Shown here: positions 17,565 through 21,711 of the stretch, one piece after another
Position numbering within the stretch: position 1 is the stretch's first letter
How the letters are laid out: the number at the start of each line of letters is the position of its first letter
Assembly (NCBI GenBank): GCA_030668825.1
Contig: DAOVET010000040.1
Location: forward strand, 1-21,711
Length of the DNA: 21,711 nucleotides
Direction of reading: 5' to 3'
From: Candidatus Heimdallarchaeota archaeon
GTDB lineage: Archaea > Asgardarchaeota > Heimdallarchaeia > Heimdallarchaeales > Heimdallarchaeaceae
The notes under the pieces: model-generated
Seen by the model: the letters and a program-made list of their open reading frames with translations, nothing else
What the model was told of the DNA's origin: nothing
The model's database searches: none
Program-made: the position numbers and the translations under genes

Positions 17565-18215
17565 TCAATTGGTTTCCACACCATTTTTAGGACAATAAGA
17601 TTGCAAAAAGCATTCGATACATTTGGGCTTTTGTGCTTTGCAGATAGCTCTGCCATGTGAGATAAGTAGATGAGTAATTTTCCCCCATTTCTCCTGTGGA
17701 ATTATTTCCATCAATTCCTTTTCTATTTTGATAGGATCAATATTATTTGTCAAACCCAATCTGAAGGATATACGTTTTACGTGGGTATCAACGGCAATCC
17801 CCTCATGAATTTCAAACCAATCATTTAGAAGAACATTAGCAGTTTTCTGTCCTACACCAGTTAATTTGGTCAATTCTTGCAAGGATGTTGGGATTTTAGA
17901 ATCATATTTTTTGATCAATTCTTTTGACATCTCATGAATGAATTTTGCTTTGTTTTTATATAATCCAACTTCCGAAATGGCTTGCTCAATTTCTATAATA
18001 GAGGCACTTGCAAAAGCTTGGGGGTCTGGAAAAGTGGAAAATAATTCTTTAGTAACAGAATTAACTTGTTTGTCTGTACTCTGTGCACTTAGAATAGCGG
18101 CAACTAACAGCTGATAAGGAGAAGTATAATTAGTTAATCCACCCTTAAACGTAGGATAGTATTCCTCTAGTTTTTCTAAAAGTAATATAGTTCTTTTCTT
18201 TAATGAAGTGCTCAT
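17565..18215 (-). CDS. nth: Endonuclease III (HhH-GPD DNA glycosylase with 4Fe-4S cluster)
   Basis: LSAQSTD, HhH LTGVGQKTA (catalytic K), AVDTHV (catalytic D), CKAQKPKCIECFLQSYC. Start moved to ATG 18215. Confidence 0.95.
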   Translation of the reverse strand: MSTSLKKRTILLLEKLEEYYPTFKGGLTNYTSPYQLLVAAILSAQSTDKQVNSVTKELFSTFPDPQAFASASIIEIEQAISEVGLYKNKAKFIHEMSKELIKKYDSKIPTSLQELTKLTGVGQKTANVLLNDWFEIHEGIAVDTHVKRISFRLGLTNNIDPIKIEKELMEIIPQEKWGKITHLLISHGRAICKAQKPKCIECFLQSYCPKNGVETN

Positions 18216-18488
18216 CAAAGAAGAAGAAGAGATAGGTAATTTATATGTTTTTAAAAGACAGAAACTAAAAATCACTAGTATAACTCTTAAAATAATTAAC
18301 ACTTTAAAAAGGAAAATAAAAATAGCATCAATCATCTCATAAGGTTCTCATTAGTAGATTCATGGATTGATGTATTTTCACTCCCCAAATATTAAAGATA
18401 GAACTATTTTTTCTTTTTCTTATCTAAGCCACAAATTGCTGTAAATAGTGTTAGATATATCCAAGAAACATATACACAAAGAAATATC

Positions 18489-18502
18489 AAATAGTTTAAA
18501 TA
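18489..18502 (+). promoter_or_regulatory. Candidate TATA box of the Rab-like gene
   Basis: AAATAG-TTTAAATA, ending 43 nt before ATG 18545. Same octamer and spacing as upstream of tfb. Confidence 0.45.
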
Positions 18503-18544
18503 GTATCCAAGACTATAAATTATTTGTATAAAGGGGAATATAGA

Positions 18545-19114
18545 ATGGGCGCAGGACAACGGAAAATCTTCAAAATCACACTACTTGGAGACGGAGCAGT
18601 TGGCAAGACAAGTCTTCGAAAAACCTATCTAGGTGAGGGTTTTAAAGATGGCTACTCCATGACAATTGGGGCTGACTTCGCTGTTAAACGATTAAGAATA
18701 GATGACCAAGATTTTGTTGCTCAGATTTGGGATCTCGCAGGACAACAGAGATTCTCAGCTGTTCGTGAAGTTTACTATCGCGGAACATCTGGATGTTTAT
18801 TAGTTTTTGATATTTCTCGACGTTCAAGTTTTGAAAATATTCCATCTTGGATAGCAGAACTTCTAAAGAACAATAGTAATAGAGTTGTACCAATAGTTCT
18901 CATAGGCAATAAAAGCGATCTTCGAGCTACAGCTAAGGATCCAATTATGCGAGAACAATCTGAAGAGTATGCTCGCAGTCTTTCAGCTTGGTCAGGCTTT
19001 ACTGTTCCTTATATCGAAACCTCTGCCAAAACTGGCGAAAATGTTGATGAAGCATTTAAGACCTTGTTAAAGAATATTGTTTTGTTTTACGAAAAATTAT
19101 ATGCTCAACAATAA
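18545..19114 (+). CDS. Rab-like small GTPase (Ras superfamily)
   Basis: G1 GDGAVGKTS, G2 T in YSMTIGADF, G3 WDLAGQ, G4 GNKSD, G5 ETSAK, and RabF-like motifs IGADF, VAQIW, RFSAVR, YYRGT, LVFDIS. ATG 18545 follows GGGGA. Confidence 0.95.
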   Translation: MGAGQRKIFKITLLGDGAVGKTSLRKTYLGEGFKDGYSMTIGADFAVKRLRIDDQDFVAQIWDLAGQQRFSAVREVYYRGTSGCLLVFDISRRSSFENIPSWIAELLKNNSNRVVPIVLIGNKSDLRATAKDPIMREQSEEYARSLSAWSGFTVPYIETSAKTGENVDEAFKTLLKNIVLFYEKLYAQQ

Positions 19115-19142
19115 GTAATTGCTTTTCCTTTTCTTTTGTTTG
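19115..19142 (+). terminator. T-rich tract between the convergent Rab-like and coiled-coil/wH genes
   Basis: GTAATTGCTTTTCCTTTTCTTTTGTTTG; oligo-T runs are typical of archaeal intrinsic terminators. Confidence 0.45.
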
Positions 19143-19949
19143 TTACTGATTATTATTGATTCGTATATTCATTGTATCCTCATCAAATTCAGCATGAAGA
19201 GAAACTGTTCCATCTTCATTTATATTTAAAATCTTCATCTGTTCTAGCTCTGAAATATACTTCTTTGTTTGTGAAAGAGAAACCCCAAGTACAAAAGACA
19301 GCTGAATTGGAGCTATTACGCCCATTCTTCTAAGAAGGTTTATGATGTTAAATCTTGGATCAGTGGTTACTATTCTTTCTAGAATATTTTTTTGTTTCAT
19401 CCATTTATCCGTATCTTCTTTGATTTTCTCCATCTCATCTTCTAATTTCTTTTTTTCTACCTCAATCGCAACAACTTGGTCTGATAACTCATAAATTAAC
19501 GAATCTCTTTCTTCTAGAAGTAGATTGAGCATATCTTTTTCTCTTTGAAATTCCTCTAAAACCCCAGTGTCCATCTTCTCGCCACTTTCGGTAGCATCGT
19601 TAGATTTTCTTTGAATCATCCTTCTATCATGTTGATAGGGAGATACTGAGAACATGCTTGATAAGAAATTAAACAATCGGAAGAATTCTGATTTCATCTC
19701 AGCTATTACTACGTCTGAAGAGTTTTCCAGAAGCTCACTAACATATTGTATTGCGGGATCTAGTTCTAGAGTTGATGTTTGATTTTTTTTCTTGACCTTT
19801 TCCGCTTTAGCTTCTTTTTTTCCTGGTGATTTGAGATTTTCCTTTAATTCTTCAACTTCTTCAGAAAGCTTTGATATTTCTGTAGCGATTTCTTGAAATT
19901 CATCATCATCCTCAGATTTTTTCTCATCATAGTTTTCCATCGAAATCAT
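19143..19949 (-). CDS. Coiled-coil protein with C-terminal winged-helix domain
   Basis: Heptad-like coils at aa ~17-40 and ~130-193. C-terminal DPRFNIINLLRRMG...IQLSFVLGVSLSQTKKYISELEQMKILNINEDGTVSL is a wHTH pattern. The ATG abuts the upstream stop (TAG-ATG); alternative start at 19940. Confidence 0.75.
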   Translation of the reverse strand: MISMENYDEKKSEDDDEFQEIATEISKLSEEVEELKENLKSPGKKEAKAEKVKKKNQTSTLELDPAIQYVSELLENSSDVVIAEMKSEFFRLFNFLSSMFSVSPYQHDRRMIQRKSNDATESGEKMDTGVLEEFQREKDMLNLLLEERDSLIYELSDQVVAIEVEKKKLEDEMEKIKEDTDKWMKQKNILERIVTTDPRFNIINLLRRMGVIAPIQLSFVLGVSLSQTKKYISELEQMKILNINEDGTVSLHAEFDEDTMNIRINNNQ

Positions 19950-20780
19950 CTATATTTTTGCTGTTGATTCAATCTTGAAGCCTTCGGATTCAGAGGGGGT
20001 AAGATCAAAGTTTTCACTTACATAGGCTACTCCCATTAATTTTGTAATTGCAAAAGTATCTTTTATTCTGCTTCCGACAGTGCTTCTTGAAAAATAAAAT
20101 ACCCCCTGAGCAGCATTCATGATTATTCTTTCAGCTACAGAATCTAGCACATCTTGAGGTAATAGAAAGAAATGCACACCACCTATCTTAGTTAAAGACA
20201 TTATTGTTCCCTTTAAAAACGTGATTAGAGCATTTGAATCTTCATCCAATCTATCTTCTTTCATCCATAATAAATCATCAAAAACACTAAAACATTGTTT
20301 ATTCTGATTTTCTTTTACATGAAGCATTCTATCAATAATTTTCTTAACATAAGTTTTTCTTTTTACTTCAATCTTTCCTAGTTTTAGAGAAGAAGTCATT
20401 GAAGAGCTGGAAAGATTAAACATATTTTCAAAATACCAGTTCTTACCTTCGAAAGGTTTCACATCCCACTTATAAGCGTTGAATGAATTCAAAATATGAG
20501 AATACGGACGAGTACTATGAACATAGAAAATTACATTATTAGAGTTTTGAGCCCAATTCAGAAGAATTCTTTGAATAAATAATGTTGGTATCACTGTTTC
20601 TGAAGGATAACTTACCAGTATAAGAGATCCTTGAGGTAACCCTTTTCTTGAGGACATCTCCATCCCCAATTTTTGATCAAGTGATCTAATACCAGTTTGA
20701 ATTAAATCACCTCTTGCATCCTTTGAGGGGTTTGACTTTCCTATACGTTCTGTCCCTCCAGATAGTGAGTTCATATCCAT
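19950..20780 (-). CDS. Inactivated KaiC/RAD55-like RecA-fold protein (pseudo-ATPase)
   Basis: IQTGIRSLDQKLG...GLPQGSLILV is the KaiC/RadA N-terminal signature. The Walker A position reads YPSETVIPT, Walker B-like is CFSVFDD, and the C-terminus FAITKLMG...EGFKI resembles KaiC. GAGGA RBS. Confidence 0.8.
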   Translation of the reverse strand: MDMNSLSGGTERIGKSNPSKDARGDLIQTGIRSLDQKLGMEMSSRKGLPQGSLILVSYPSETVIPTLFIQRILLNWAQNSNNVIFYVHSTRPYSHILNSFNAYKWDVKPFEGKNWYFENMFNLSSSSMTSSLKLGKIEVKRKTYVKKIIDRMLHVKENQNKQCFSVFDDLLWMKEDRLDEDSNALITFLKGTIMSLTKIGGVHFFLLPQDVLDSVAERIIMNAAQGVFYFSRSTVGSRIKDTFAITKLMGVAYVSENFDLTPSESEGFKIESTAKI

Positions 20781-20802
20781 TGAACATTCCTCAAATAATT
20801 AG

Positions 20803-21315
20803 CTAAAATTGCTCTAGCTCCCGTAGTGCAAGTTCTAAATCAGATATAAATTCATCTTGAACCTTCTTCTCTTCTTCAACAGCAACTGGTTGGGCAGCTA
20901 CTACGGGTTGAACTTCCGGAGCTGGGACGGGTTTTGCTTCAACGTCCAATATATTTCTGATTTTTTCTGCTGCCATTTTCATGGTTCTTCTAACCATTCC
21001 AAGAGCTACACCGGCATCTGTAATTAAGCACACAACAGTACTTCCACAACTTGCTACTAAAATTAAACCATCTGAAAATTCAGAGATAATTATATCTAGC
21101 ACAGCTAATCCAACATTTGTACCTTGCTGTTCACTGGCTAAGTAAACTGCACTTGCTATAGCTCCAAGAGCTTCTGTTTCAAATTCATCAAAAGCGAATC
21201 TTGAAGAATAAGCCAATGTTAATCCTGTCTTATCAGCTAATATAACGTGATTAATATTAGCATCGCTTGTTATAATTTCATGAAGTATTGTATTTATTTG
21301 GTCAGCACCATACAA
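20803..21315 (-). CDS. Roadblock/LC7 (MglB/LAMTOR-like) protein with C-terminal linker and acidic amphipathic helix
   Basis: VILADKTGLTLA...EALGAIASA...LDIIISEFSDGLILV...LITDAGVALGMVR is the classic Roadblock pattern. A TTG start at 21315, 5 nt after GGTGA, is preferred over 21327. Confidence 0.9.
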   Translation of the reverse strand: MYGADQINTILHEIITSDANINHVILADKTGLTLAYSSRFAFDEFETEALGAIASAVYLASEQQGTNVGLAVLDIIISEFSDGLILVASCGSTVVCLITDAGVALGMVRRTMKMAAEKIRNILDVEAKPVPAPEVQPVVAAQPVAVEEEKKVQDEFISDLELALRELEQF

Positions 21316-21434
21316 GCAAATCACCAAGTATTTTACGACATCTCTTAATGTCTATTTGTTATTTAATATATTTATATGTAGTGTTAATATTTTTATCAAG
21401 CAAACTTTTTAAACATGACGTAAAAACTAACCAC

Positions 21435-21711
21435 ATGATTAAGATAACTTATCCCGTTATTATACTAAATTTTAAGAATTATGATCAAACGATTGGGAAG
21501 AAGGGATTACATCTTTCCAAGATTGCAGAAGAGGTTGCTAGAGAGTTAAGTGTGTCAATTGCAGTTTGTCCTCAAACCGTTGACTTAAGGAAAATCGCAG
21601 AAGAGGTTGATATTCCAGTTTTAGCACAGCATGTAGATGCAAATGATTCTGGAAGTTATACAGGAAATAATCTTATTCAAGCCGTAATAGAAACAGGAGC
21701 AATTGGTTCTC
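21435..21711 (+). CDS. tpiA: Triosephosphate isomerase (archaeal type), partial; runs off the right edge
   Basis: Not in the ORF track. Manual translation MIKITYPVIILNFKNY...IAVCPQTVDL...PVLAQHVD...GSYTG...GAIGS contains the NFK substrate-binding motif and the archaeal AQH-D...GS.TG motif. Confidence 0.93.
   Translation, partial: MIKITYPVIILNFKNYDQTIGKKGLHLSKIAEEVARELSVSIAVCPQTVDLRKIAEEVDIPVLAQHVDANDSGSYTGNNLIQAVIETGAIGS

Noticed and set aside
3721-18215. rdgB, nfi and nth as a damaged-base sanitation cluster
   Set aside because: They are functionally related but kilobases apart in separate transcription units; co-occurrence can be chance.
18216-18335. Hydrophobic 40-aa N-terminal extension suggesting a membrane-anchored endonuclease III
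   Set aside because: It reads as translated T-rich intergenic DNA (F/I/L-rich); ATG 18215 gives a normal-length Nth.
18545-18562. Rab-like protein starts MGAGQR, resembling an N-myristoylation signal
   Set aside because: Met-Gly alone is weak evidence, the usual Ser/Thr at position 6 is missing, and N-myristoyltransferase is not an established archaeal enzyme.
1725-18893. Short shadow ORFs in the track (e.g. 1725, 5080, 5458, 6276, 7900, 8186, 9230, 9543, 10006, 10364, 10552, 10985, 11791, 12312, 12969, 13144, 17293, 18684)
   Set aside because: All are antisense to or overlap well-supported genes and show no recognisable motifs.
20733-20756. GTERIGKS in the N-terminal extension of the pseudo-KaiC matches GxxxxGK[ST]
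   Set aside because: It lies before the fold starts, lacks a preceding hydrophobic beta-strand and is followed by NPSK rather than a helix. Most likely a chance match, not a relocated P-loop.

Overview
An AT-rich (roughly one-third GC by eye), gene-dense archaeal chromosomal segment. It is most likely from an Asgard archaeon, possibly Heimdallarchaeia. This is inferred from archaeal eS6/uS15/eS1/TFB/Pcc1/Rpp30/TPI occurring together with a Rab-like GTPase and a Roadblock protein. The left two-thirds is mostly housekeeping: rnp3 (partial, missed by the ORF track), rps6e, tfb, rdgB-rps15-DHH/Cdc45-like-pcc1-rps3ae, a YchF/Ygr210-like GTPase, DUF2095, an amidohydrolase, glmU, a radical SAM protein and nfi. 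The right third (14.3-21.3 kb) holds the most interesting material. First, a tightly coupled Roadblock -> catalytically dead KaiC/RecA-fold -> coiled-coil/winged-helix operon converges on an unprenylated Rab-like GTPase, a candidate undescribed GTPase signalling module. Second, a 765-aa TrmB-like protein has its head domains split by a ~540-aa, 11-residue-periodic helical insert with a Gly/Lys turn at its midpoint. Third, a small wHTH gene sits behind a long hairpin-rich leader. Also notable are a Cdc45/RecJ-type DHH protein with its catalytic motifs eroded and a small protein with a PC4/Sub1-like signature. No CRISPR array, tRNA, rRNA or mobile element was seen. All calls come from manual motif recognition; no searches were run.
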